Source: an uncultured delta proteobacterium (GTDB taxonomy: Bacteria > Myxococcota > Myxococcia > Myxococcales > Anaeromyxobacteraceae). Taken from it: a stretch of DNA of 64,000 nt. The notes below the pieces were generated by a model. The model worked only from the letters and a program-made list of their open reading frames with translations. It ran no database searches and was not told the DNA's origin. Positions 1 to 9,291 of the stretch are shown piece by piece. The stretch is taken from positions 64,001 to 128,000 of the forward strand of contig CAWJSR010000028.1 in the NCBI GenBank assembly GCA_963845515.1, in the 5' to 3' direction. Every line of letters starts with the position of its first letter. Position 1 is the first letter of the stretch. A program made the position numbers and the translations under genes.

Positions 1-194
1 CCCCGCCGGCCAGGCTCGCCCTCGATCGCGCGGGAGCCCAGGCCCTTGTGGCCGAGGCGCAGCTCGAAGCGAAGAAGGCTGGTCTCGGGTGGGATCGCGG
101 CCCTGTAAACCTCGAGCCTGCCCCCAAGCTCGTCCAGCTCATTCGCCATAGCCGAGACCTCCTCAGGGCCGGAGAGGCCGAAGCGGAGGCCTGA
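1..194 (+). CDS. cas7: 3' end of type I-G Cas7 (Csb1) backbone subunit, partial
   Basis: Frame 3 reads ...ALDRAGAQALVAEAQLEAKKAGLGWDRGPVNLEPAPKLVQLIRHSRDLLRAGEAEAEA*, like Csb1 C-termini. TGA 192-194 overlaps the csb2 ATG (TGATG). Confidence 0.75.
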   Translation, partial: PPARLALDRAGAQALVAEAQLEAKKAGLGWDRGPVNLEPAPKLVQLIRHSRDLLRAGEAEAEA

Positions 195-1825
195 TGTTCG
201 CCATCGAGGTCGAGTTGCTTACCGGGCGCTACGTGGCGAGCCGGTACAACGACCGCACACGCGCCGAGTGGCCCCCGCATCCTGCGCGGCTCTTCTCGGC
301 GCTGGTCGCGACCCACTGCGCGAGTCCGGATCGGCCGGCCGCGGAGCGCGAGGCCTTGCTCTGGCTCGAACGGCAAGGCGCTCCGCATATTCGGGCGTCG
401 GCTCCGGACGAGATCGCCGAGCGGGAGGCGTACACGGTCTTCGTGCCGGTGAACGATCCCGACGTCGTCGGGACCTTCGACGAGGAGGGTCAGGAGCTCG
501 CCGCTGCGCTTGCGGCCTCCACCGACAAGAAGGCGGAGACGAAAGCGAAGGCGCTGGAGAAGAGGCTCGCCGACAAGATTGCCCGTGCGATCGCGCCGGG
601 CAAGCTCAGCCGCGAGGGCGCGAAGACGGCAGCGAGCATCGTCCCAGAGACGCGGATGCGTCAGGCACGGACCTTCCCGTCGGTCGCTCCAGAACATCCC
701 ACGGTCCATTTCATCTGGTCGGAGGCGGACGCTGACGAGGGGACCAGGGCGGCGATCGAGACGCTCGCGGCGAACCTCGTCCGGCTCGGCCACTCCTCGT
801 CGCTCGTCCGTGCCCGGGTCGTCGACTCACCTCCCGAACCAAACTGGCGCCCGGACGAGACTGGCGAGCACAGGTTGCGTGTTGTTGGAGAGGGCCAACT
901 TGCTGCCCTGGATGATGCCTTCGAACGACACCGAGAGACCCAGCCCAGGGTCCTGCCGGCGCTGTCTCAACGGTACACGACCCGACGGGCGAGCGCAGTG
1001 GAGGATGTACCCAGGTCCGTGTTCGGGGAGGACTGGCTCGTCCTCCGCCGCAGTGGCGGGCCTCTTTTTCCGGCCGCCTCCACCATCGGCATTGCACGGA
1101 GCGTCCGCGCCGCGCTGATGAAATACGCACCCCAGCCTCCGCCCGAGCTTCTGACCGGACACGCGGAAGACGGGAGCCCGGCCCAGCGCACGCACCTGGC
1201 CATCGTTCCGCTGCCCTTCGTCGGCCACGCGCGGGCCGACGGCAGCATCCTCGGCGTGGCGCTCGTTTCCCCACGCACCCTGGCCGCCGACGAGCGCCGG
1301 ACGCTCTTTCGCGCGCTCTCGGCGTGGGAATCCGAGCACCGGAAGGAGGGGGAGGCGTCGCCGGCCATCCCCGTGTACCTGGGGAACGCAGGGGAGCTCT
1401 ACCTGACCAGGCTCGACGAGATCGCGGAGCAGGCCACGTTGCGCCCGTCGACGTGGAGCGGCCCCGCGAGACGCTGGGTGAGCACCACACCGGTAGCGCT
1501 CGATCGCCATCCGGGTGACCTGCACGACAGGAATCCCGAGCGAGCGGCCCAGGCTGCCGCTGATGCGCAGGAGACGCTTCGACTGGCGGTGACGCACATC
1601 GGCCTGCCTCGGCCACGCGGCGTGACGGTATTGCCGGCCGCCCCGCTTGCTGGGGCGCCCAAGGCGAAGCACTTCCCGGCGTTCCCGCCGGAGCCCGGGC
1701 GGCAGCGGCGCGTGCTCGTGCACGCCGCGCTGGAGTTCGAAAACAAGGTAGAAGGTCCGATCCTCCTCGGCGCGGGCCGCTACCTGGGCCTGGGCCTCTT
1801 CCGGCCGGTGCACGGCGATGACTAG
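194..1825 (+). CDS. csb2: Type I-G Csb2 (Cas5/Cas6 fusion)
   Basis: N-terminal EWPPHPARLFSALVA, LGHSSSLV and the C-terminal Gly-rich loop GPILLGAGRYLGLGLFRP are typical of Csb2/GSU0054. Confidence 0.93.
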   Translation: MFAIEVELLTGRYVASRYNDRTRAEWPPHPARLFSALVATHCASPDRPAAEREALLWLERQGAPHIRASAPDEIAEREAYTVFVPVNDPDVVGTFDEEGQELAAALAASTDKKAETKAKALEKRLADKIARAIAPGKLSREGAKTAASIVPETRMRQARTFPSVAPEHPTVHFIWSEADADEGTRAAIETLAANLVRLGHSSSLVRARVVDSPPEPNWRPDETGEHRLRVVGEGQLAALDDAFERHRETQPRVLPALSQRYTTRRASAVEDVPRSVFGEDWLVLRRSGGPLFPAASTIGIARSVRAALMKYAPQPPPELLTGHAEDGSPAQRTHLAIVPLPFVGHARADGSILGVALVSPRTLAADERRTLFRALSAWESEHRKEGEASPAIPVYLGNAGELYLTRLDEIAEQATLRPSTWSGPARRWVSTTPVALDRHPGDLHDRNPERAAQAAADAQETLRLAVTHIGLPRPRGVTVLPAAPLAGAPKAKHFPAFPPEPGRQRRVLVHAALEFENKVEGPILLGAGRYLGLGLFRPVHGDD

Positions 1826-4735
1826 TCTCTCCGTCCGTTCGTTCCGCACCTTCTTCCGCGCGATAAATGGGTGCGATCCCTTCCCGTGGCAGGGGCGTCT
1901 GGTCGAGCAACTCCACGAGACCGGCCGGTGGCCGGAGGCACTCGATCTTCCTACCGGTACCGGCAAGACGGCCGCCCTCGACGCGGCCGTGTTCCACTTG
2001 GCTCTCGAGGCAGGCAAGCCCGAGCGCCGGGCGCCGATGCGGATCCTGTACGTCGTCGATCGGCGGACGATCGTAGACCAGGCGCACGAGAGAGCGAAGC
2101 GGATCCAGGCGGCGCTCCGGAGGCCGACCGACCCCGTTCTTGCCGCAGTGAAGGAACGGCTCTGCAGGCTCTCCGGGGGAGAGACACCGCTCGGGGTTGC
2201 GGTCCTCCGGGGCGGGATTGCGCGCGACGACGGTTGGGCGCGCGCGCCGGACCAACCGCTCATCGCCGTCTCGACCGTCGATCAGGTCGGCTCTCGGCTG
2301 CTCTTCCGCGGATACGGCGTCTCGGAATCGATGCGGCCCGTCCACGCGGGCCTGCTTGCGAACGATGCGCTCCTTCTGCTCGACGAAGTCCATCTCTCCG
2401 AGCCGTTCGTAGAGACGCTCGATCAAATCGCGGGACGCTACATGCAGTGGCCCGAGGTTCAGCTCCCCAGACGCTGGCAGTGGGTCCCCATGTCGGCGAC
2501 GCCTCGGTCGATCCGAAAGGGCGCCCTCAAGCTCGGCGAGGATGACGAGCGACACCCGGTCCTCGCGCGCCGCCTCACGGCTTCTCGTCCCGCCAGGTTG
2601 CGCGAGATCGCAGCACGTGGGGAGGGAGAGGCCGCTCAACGCGCTTTCGCGGGCGCGCTCTGCGAGGAGGCGCTCGGGATGGCACGCCCAGGGCGGGCCG
2701 TTGCGGTGGTCGTGAACCGGGTCGCAACTGCGAGAACCGCCTTCGGAATGCTTCGGGATCGGCTGGGACCACGGGCCGATGTGTGGCTTCTCACCGGGCG
2801 CATGCGACCCATCGAGCGTGAGGAACTGGAGCAGCGACTTCGACTGAGGGTCGGTGCTGGAAGGATACGCACGGCCGACGAGCGCCCTGCGGTGGTCGTC
2901 GCGACCCAGTGCATCGAGGCGGGCGCTGATCTGGACTTCGACGGGCTGGTCACCGAGTGCGCCAGCTTGGACGCGCTCAGGCAGCGCTTCGGGCGGCTGA
3001 ACCGGCTGGGCGATATCGACGACGCCGAGGGCGCGCTCCTGGTTCGCAAGGATGCGCTCAAGGCGGATGACCCGATCTACGGAGCGGCGCTGGCGAAGAC
3101 CTGGGCGTACTTGTCGAAACTGGAGAAGGTCGACTTCGGCCTGGATCGGTTCCGGATGCCCGCGAGGAAGGATCTTCCGGACCTCCTTCCACCAGTCGAT
3201 CGCGCACCGGTGCTCCTGCCGGCTCACCTGGATGCATGGGTTCAAACCGCGCCCATCCCCGCCGTCGATCCGGACGTGGCCCTCTGGCTTCACGGACCGG
3301 AGCGTGGCCAGCCCGAAGTTCAAATCGTTTGGAGGGGTGACTTGTCGGAGGCGATGCTCCTCGACCCTGGGCAGGAGGCGCGGGCGGTCGAGCGCGTCGA
3401 GAGCTGCCCGCCCTCGACGCCCGAGGCGATCACGGTGCCGCTGTTCGCGGCTCGGCGTTGGCTCGCGCGGGCAGAGGATTCGACTGCGCTCCCGGACGTC
3501 GAGGGCTCCCGGACTCCCGACGACGGTGTACCCCTGCCGCATTCAGCCAGGAGAGCGCTCGCTTGGAGGGGAGACGAGAGCCCGGTGGTTGAGGCCCGTG
3601 ACGTCAGGCCCGGCGACACCATCGTGGTTCCTGCCGAGTACGGGGGCGTCGCGGATGGGAACTGGGCGCCCGACTCCACGACGCCTGTCCTCGATCTTGG
3701 CGATCAGGCATTCGCTGTCCGCCGCGGGAAGGCTCTCATCCGGCTCCATCCTGCGCTGCTGGCTGCGTACGCGCCGGCCACGGAGGACGGCGGGCCCCCC
3801 AGCTGGGCGTCGCCTCCTCATCCGCCGGTGGACGACGACACTGAGGTCGAGGAAGCCGCCCTTCCCGCTTGGTTGGAACTCGTTGCCAACGCATCCGCGC
3901 CGCCCTGGCTGAAGGAGGCTGCCGGCGCGCTTTCTCGCGAGATGCGGAGCACACGCCCCCCGCGCCTCCTCCGGCTGAGAGGGGGAGCGGACCAGGGCCC
4001 GCACTTCGTGCTCGTGGGACGAGCGCCGCTCCCCCGCGCGTCGGGCGCCACTGACGGGCCGACGACCGAGGACGACACCGCCTCCTTCACCGGCGCCGGA
4101 GTCGCACTTCACCGGCACCTGCGCGGCGTGTCGGAGTTCGCCCGCGCCTACGCCGTGGGCAGCGGTCTGCCCGCAGACCTCGTGGACGATCTCGCGCTGG
4201 CGGGGCAGTGGCACGACCCGGGAAAGGCGGACCGGCGATTCCAGGCCATGCTCCGCGGGGAAGCGCATACGCCGCAGAGGTCGCGCCGGAGCCGCTGGCT
4301 AAGTCGTCGATCCCGGCGGCGGACCGAGCTACGCGAGTGGCCGCGCGCGAGCGGGCTGGGTATCCGAGAGGCGCACGCCACGAGCTGGTCTCGCTGGCCC
4401 TGATAGGGGGCTCAGAGGAGTTGCGTGCGCAGGCGCACGACTGGGATCTGGTGCAGCACCTCGTCGCGTCGCACCACGGACACTGCCGCCCCTTCGCGCC
4501 GTTCGCCGAGGACGTGAACCCGGTCGAGGTCGTCTTCAGCGATGGACCGGTCGAGCTGCGCGCCTCCAGCGCTCATGGACTGGAGAGCCTTGGATCGGGC
4601 GTGAGCGACCGGTTCTGGAGGCTCGTACGGAGGTACGGCTGGTTCGGGCTCGCGTGGCTGGAGGCCATCCTCCGGCTCGCCGATCACCGCCGCAGCGAGC
4701 GGGAGCAGCGCGGCGAGAAGGAGGAGGCGTCATGA
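1818..4735 (+). CDS. cas3: Type I-G Cas3 helicase-nuclease with C-terminal HD domain; one frameshift near 4257-4260
   Basis: Helicase motifs PFPWQ, LPTGTGKT, VVDRR, DEVH, SAT, ATQCIEAGADLDFD, QRFGRLNR. The HD domain (WHDPGKAD) continues in ORF 4208-4735 (RHELVS, SHHG, LRLADHRRS). One extra G in the GGGG run joins the frames (AMLRGGSAYAAE). Confidence 0.93.
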
Positions 4736-5643
4736 CCCCCTTGCTCCTCACCGGGCTGGATGGCACGAACCCACTGGGCTTTCTCGCTGCCCTCGGCGTG
4801 TTGAACGTGCTCACCGACGCCGCACCCGCCGGTGTGGCGCCGACGCTCGCCTGGACGTACCGGGGCGCGTGGCGGCCGGTCGTCTCATCCGGCGAGACGC
4901 TCACTACTGAGGCCTTGGTCGAAACGGTCATGGCCGACTTGGCGACGTGGAAGAAGGAGCCCGCGATCGACTTGGAGTACGACGGGGTTCGGGACCTGAA
5001 GCCCCCGCCCGCGATCTATCGCGCGTACCTGGAACGACTTCTCGAGAAGGCGGGGCCGAGCAGCCGGAGGAGCGTCGATGTCGCCGCCGCCTTCGCGACG
5101 GACGTCGCGGTCGACGGCAGTGGCAACACCAAGCCGACGGCTCTTCACTTCACCGCGGGCCAGCAAGAGTTCCTGGGGATGGTGAGGGAGCTCGTCGGGG
5201 GGACTACGGAGGAGGATGTTCTCGAGGCGCTGAAGGGCCCCTGGCGCTACGCCAAATCGCTTCCCGTCCTCAAGTGGGATGCGACGGTGTTCCGCGACTA
5301 CGCGCTTCGCGCCGGGGACCCGTCCAAGGAGGCGCCGACCGGTGTACCCGGTGCCGACTGGCTCGCGTTTCGCGGTCTCCCGTTCATCCGTGTTGTGCCG
5401 CGAGGAAGACAGGTCCTGACCACCGGATGCTTCGGCGCGTGGAAGACGGGAGGCTTCCGTTGGCCGCTCTGGTCGGCGCCGCTCAGCCAGGAAACAGTTC
5501 GCTCGGTGCTCGCCGTCCCGAGGCTGCCGATGATGGAGGAACGCGAGCGCCGCGCTCGCGGTATCGCCGTAGTGTTCGAGGCCCGCATCCGACGGTCCGA
5601 TCAGGGAGGGTACGGCAACTTCAGCCCAGCCTCGGTCGTCTGA
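4732..5643 (+). CDS. Short type I-G large subunit (Cas8g-like / Csb3-type), 303 aa
   Basis: ATGA overlap with the cas3 stop. The N-terminus LTGLDGTNPLGFLAALG resembles Csx17/Cas8g N-termini; also HFTAGQQ, FRWPLW, YGNFSP. Occupies the cas8 slot of the operon. Confidence 0.7.
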   Translation: MTPLLLTGLDGTNPLGFLAALGVLNVLTDAAPAGVAPTLAWTYRGAWRPVVSSGETLTTEALVETVMADLATWKKEPAIDLEYDGVRDLKPPPAIYRAYLERLLEKAGPSSRRSVDVAAAFATDVAVDGSGNTKPTALHFTAGQQEFLGMVRELVGGTTEEDVLEALKGPWRYAKSLPVLKWDATVFRDYALRAGDPSKEAPTGVPGADWLAFRGLPFIRVVPRGRQVLTTGCFGAWKTGGFRWPLWSAPLSQETVRSVLAVPRLPMMEERERRARGIAVVFEARIRRSDQGGYGNFSPASVV

Positions 5644-5782
5644 CGCGCAGACAGCAACGTCCTCGTTGTCGCGCTGCCGGCGCTCTCGTGACCGGGAAGT
5701 CACTGGGCCCTTACCGGGAACACGGCCGGCGACAAGCTTGCCTGCTCGGTTCTGCCCGACAGGCCGATCAGAGACTGCCTCT

Positions 5783-6119
5783 ATGGCGACCAACGGCAAG
5801 GAGAAGTAGACCGTGATCGACCCACGAGCGGCCGAGTTGGCTCTCCGACGGGAATTCAAGGACGTGCGGACCATGCAGGACGCGGAGCGCGGCGCAGCGG
5901 AGCGATTGGAGCGAAGGCTCGCGAGCGTGGAGGACGTTCCCATGGTCGAGGACCCTGGCCCCCGAGGAGGAGACGCCCGACTTTCAGCACCTGGCGACCG
6001 CGCTGCGGTTCCGCCTCGTCCGAGCGGTCGAGCACTGGCGGGGTAACACGGACCTGACGCTGACCGCTATCATCATGCGCGCCGTCAAGGAGAGCGCGCT
6101 GGCGCGCGGCGACCATTGA
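5783..6119 (+). pseudogene. Degraded hypothetical gene fragment
   Basis: MATNGKEK*TVIDPRAAELALRREFK...VPMVED, then a frameshift near 5955 into APEEETPDFQHLATALRFRLVRAVEHWRGNTDLTLTAIIMRAVKESALARGDH*. Confidence 0.4.
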
Positions 6120-6354
6120 AAGGCAGCCGCCGGTCGGCATACAGCTCGGCCTCGTCACCTCGTTCGGGCAGCTCGTGGAGGATGATCCCCGCGATCCTGG
6201 GTCGCGGATGCGTGCGGTACTGCTCTATGACCGGCGCCAGTTGCTGTCGGATGATCGCGGACCGCGACGTGCCCCGCACCTTTGCCGCGCGGGTGAGGAG
6301 CGCATCCATGCCCGGCTCGAGCATGATCGTGGTCGCCTTCAGGCGAGAGCTCAC
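6085..6354 (-). CDS. CopG/ribbon-helix-helix antitoxin-like protein with no adjacent cognate toxin
   Basis: GTG overlaps the RelE stop (GTGA). KATTIMLEPGMDALLTRAAKVRGTSRSAIIRQQL is an RHH pattern. Confidence 0.65.
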   Translation of the reverse strand: MSSRLKATTIMLEPGMDALLTRAAKVRGTSRSAIIRQQLAPVIEQYRTHPRPRIAGIILHELPERGDEAELYADRRLPFNGRRAPARSP

Positions 6355-6626
6355 CGGCCCTCCCGGGTGTGCCACACGCGCAGGATGAAGATGTTCGACG
6401 CCCGGACCTCGTAGCGCAGCTCGTAGTTGCCTACGAGAACGCGGCGGACCTCGCGCGGGTCGTACTGTTCGAGCTTCTCGCCGATGCGCGGCTGCTCGGG
6501 GAGCCGGCTCGCGACCAGGGTCAGGGCCTGCAGGACGCGGGCCGCAGCGCGCCGGTTCACGGGCGCCAGGAAGTCATGCAGCCGGGAGAGATCGCCCACG
6601 GCCTTGCTCGTCCACGAGACGGTCAT
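6351..6626 (-). CDS. RelE/ParE family toxin
   Basis: MTVSWTSKAVGDLSRLHDFL...PRIGEKLEQYDPREVRRVLVGNYELRYEV...ILRVWHTRE; ATGA overlap with the upstream antitoxin. Confidence 0.9.
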   Translation of the reverse strand: MTVSWTSKAVGDLSRLHDFLAPVNRRAAARVLQALTLVASRLPEQPRIGEKLEQYDPREVRRVLVGNYELRYEVRASNIFILRVWHTREGR

Positions 6627-6886
6627 CGCCGGGGCGGCGGACGCGGCTTCTTGGAGTCGAGGCTGTCGGCCCAGGCCTGCACCGCCTGGTGGTCGATGAC
6701 GTGGCCGGCATCGACGTCTGCCAGCGCTTCCAGCGTCAGGCGGTGTCGCTCTTCCTCCTGGCCGACCCAAGCTGACAGGGCCTGCTTCACGATCCAGCCG
6801 CGAGAGCGCTCCAGGCGGCCAGCCAGCTCGTCAACCTTCTTGGACAGCGACAGCGGCACGTGCGCCGTCAGCACCTTCGTCTCCAT
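6623..6886 (-). CDS. CopG/RHH antitoxin
   Basis: METKVLTAHVPLSLSKKVDELAGRLERSRGWIVKQALSAW...ALADVDAGHVIDHQAVQAWADSL, the usual partner of this RelE/ParE group. Confidence 0.9.
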   Translation of the reverse strand: METKVLTAHVPLSLSKKVDELAGRLERSRGWIVKQALSAWVGQEEERHRLTLEALADVDAGHVIDHQAVQAWADSLDSKKPRPPPRR

Positions 6887-7063
6887 GCGGCCACCCCGTG
6901 GCAGGAACAATCAAAGTGAATCGTAACGAGCGTGTCTGAATCGGTCAAGGAACCCCACGAATGGGGAGGTGCGAACAGCGGCCCCGCCGAGCCGTGACCA
7001 GCCCTGACGCACATGCCCACTAGCCTGCCTCCTGAGCGCCATGCCGGCGCGAGGAGAACCACC

Positions 7064-8761
7064 ATGCACCTGGGAGCCGACGAGGCCGTCGAGGTCGGGC
7101 AGCTCATGCCCGTCCGCATGCTGAACGAATTCACCTACTGTCCACGCCTGTTCTTCCTGGAGTGGGTCCAGGGCGAATTCGTCGACAACGAGTTCACCGT
7201 CGAGGGGCGCGTCGCGCACCGGCGAGTCGACGCGCGCGCCGGCGCGATGCCGGCCCCCGAGGAGAAGGAGCCATTCGAGGTGCGCTCGGTGGCGCTCTCG
7301 TCGGCGCGGCTCGGACTCTCCGCGAAGATCGACGTCGTCGAGGGGGAGGGCGGCGCGGTCTGCCCGGTGGACTACAAGCGCGGCAAGCCTCCGCCGAACG
7401 ACCTCGGGGCGCACGAGCCTGAGCGCGTCCAGCTCTGCGCCTACGGGCTGCTGCTGAACGAGCATGGTCACGACTGCCAGCGAGGCATCCTGTACTTTGT
7501 CCAGGCGAAGACGCGGGTCGAGGTGGAGTTCGACGAGCCGCTGCGCGCGCGAACGCTCGAGCTGCTCTCGCAGGCGAGGGAGACCGCCGCGGGCAGCACG
7601 CTCCCCGCGCCTCTCGCGGCGAGCGCGAAGTGCCAGGGGTGCTCGCTCCACGGCGTCTGCCTCCCGGACGAGGTGAACCTCCTGGCGCGGGAAGCCGCCG
7701 AGACGAGCGCCCCCGCGGCGGAGCCGGTTCGGCGCCTCGTCCCAGCCCGCGACGACGCGCAGCCGCTCTATGTCCAGGAGCAGGGAGCGCGGATCGGCCT
7801 CGACGGCGACGTCCTCGAGGTCCGCAGCCGCGAGCAGGGGGTCATTGGCAAGGCGCGGCTCTTCGAGCTGTCACAGCTCGTCGTGATGGGCAACGTGCAG
7901 GTCTCGGCCCAGGCGATCCGGGAGCTGTGCGGTCGCGCCATCCCGATCTGCTGGATGAGCTTCGGTGGATGGCTCTCGGGCTTCACCGACGGGCTCGGGC
8001 ACAACAATGTGGAGATCCGTCGAGCACAGTTTCGCGCGGCGGAGGACGCTGGCGCCGCGCTCGGGCTCGCGCGCCGCTTCGTCCGGAACAAGATCGCCAA
8101 CTGCCGCACGCTGCTGCGGCGCAACCATCCCGATGCGCCCGGGGCGACGCTGCGCGACATGAGTGCGCTGTCGGAGGCGACCGAGACCGCAGCCGGGTTA
8201 CCGGAGCTTCTCGGGATCGAGGGCAACGCCGCACGCCTGTACTTCGAGGCCTTCCCAGCGCTGATTCGCGCGCCAGGAGGGGGCGCGCTCGCATTCGACT
8301 TCACGACCCGCTCGAGGCGGCCGCCCAGGGATCCGGTGAACGCGCTGCTGTCGTTCGCCTACTCCCTCCTCGCGAAGGACCTCACTGTGACGGCGCGCGC
8401 GGTGGGGCTCGACCCGTTCCTGGGCTTCTACCACCAGCCGCGGCACGGACGGCCGGCGCTCGCGCTGGACCTGATGGAGGAGTTCCGGCCGATCATCGCC
8501 GACTCGGTCGTGCTCAACGCGATCAACACGGGCGTCGTGACGGGCGCGGACTTCGTGCGGAGCAGCCTCGGTGTGGCGATGAAGGCCGAGGGGCGCAAGC
8601 GGTTCATGCGCGCCTACGAGCGGAGGATGGAGGAGGAGGTGACCCACCCGGTCTTCGGATACCGGATCTCGTACCGGCGAATCCTCGAGGTGCAGTGTCG
8701 GTTGCTCACGCGCCACCTGCTTGGCGAGATCGCCAGCTACCCCGAATTCCGGACTCGGTAG
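7064..8761 (+). CDS. cas1: Cas4-Cas1 fusion
   Basis: Cas4 motifs YCPR, DYKRG, QLCAY, CxxCS...C. Cas1 motifs GIEGNAA, RRPPRDPVNALLSFAY, GFYHQPR, ALDLMEEFR. GAGGAG RBS precedes ATG 7064. Confidence 0.96.
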   Translation: MHLGADEAVEVGQLMPVRMLNEFTYCPRLFFLEWVQGEFVDNEFTVEGRVAHRRVDARAGAMPAPEEKEPFEVRSVALSSARLGLSAKIDVVEGEGGAVCPVDYKRGKPPPNDLGAHEPERVQLCAYGLLLNEHGHDCQRGILYFVQAKTRVEVEFDEPLRARTLELLSQARETAAGSTLPAPLAASAKCQGCSLHGVCLPDEVNLLAREAAETSAPAAEPVRRLVPARDDAQPLYVQEQGARIGLDGDVLEVRSREQGVIGKARLFELSQLVVMGNVQVSAQAIRELCGRAIPICWMSFGGWLSGFTDGLGHNNVEIRRAQFRAAEDAGAALGLARRFVRNKIANCRTLLRRNHPDAPGATLRDMSALSEATETAAGLPELLGIEGNAARLYFEAFPALIRAPGGGALAFDFTTRSRRPPRDPVNALLSFAYSLLAKDLTVTARAVGLDPFLGFYHQPRHGRPALALDLMEEFRPIIADSVVLNAINTGVVTGADFVRSSLGVAMKAEGRKRFMRAYERRMEEEVTHPVFGYRISYRRILEVQCRLLTRHLLGEIASYPEFRTR

Positions 8762-8767
8762 GGCGCG

Positions 8768-9058
8768 ATGCGGCAGCGCTACATCGTCACCTACGACATC
8801 GCCGATGCAAAACGTTTGCGGAGGGTGTTCAAGCTGCTGAAGGGGTACGGCGAACACCTGCAGTTCTCCGTGTTCCGCTGCGACCTCACCAACATGACGC
8901 TCGCGAAGATGAAGGCGGAGCTGAACGAGGCGATCAACGCACTGGCAGACCAAGTGCTCATCATCGACGTGGGCCCCACCGAGGGGCGGGGTGAAGTGGT
9001 GTTCGAGAGCCTCGGGAAGGCGTATGTAGACGAGGGGCGGAAGCCCAACGTCGTTTGA
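8768..9058 (+). CDS. cas2: Cas2
   Basis: YIVTYDIADAKRLRRVFKLLKGYGEHLQFSVF; directly after cas1. Confidence 0.96.
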   Translation: MRQRYIVTYDIADAKRLRRVFKLLKGYGEHLQFSVFRCDLTNMTLAKMKAELNEAINALADQVLIIDVGPTEGRGEVVFESLGKAYVDEGRKPNVV

Positions 9059-9291
9059 CCCGGAGTGCTCCTTGGTAACCGAATACGCACAGCTGGATCG
9101 CTTGCGAGCGGTGAGGTGGCGAACGGGGCCGCCGATCCGCTCGCGAGCGCGATCAACGAGCGAAATCGCGCTGTTCTGCGGGGAGGTGGCGAGGACCGGC
9201 GCTGCCTCCTGCTCGAAGTTAGTCGAGTTGCGTGGCCCGCTCGAAAGTGAAGTGGTAGGTATCGGTTGTGCCTCCGGAAATTCCGGGGGCT
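9059..9291 (+). promoter_or_regulatory. CRISPR leader
   Basis: 233-bp non-coding stretch between cas2 and the first perfect repeat; degenerate repeats lie at the opposite end of the array. Confidence 0.75.

Noticed and set aside
6087..6123. Hairpin followed by CATTGAAAG, resembling a type I repeat end
   Set aside because: No match to the array repeat, single copy, and TGA is the stop of the decayed ORF.
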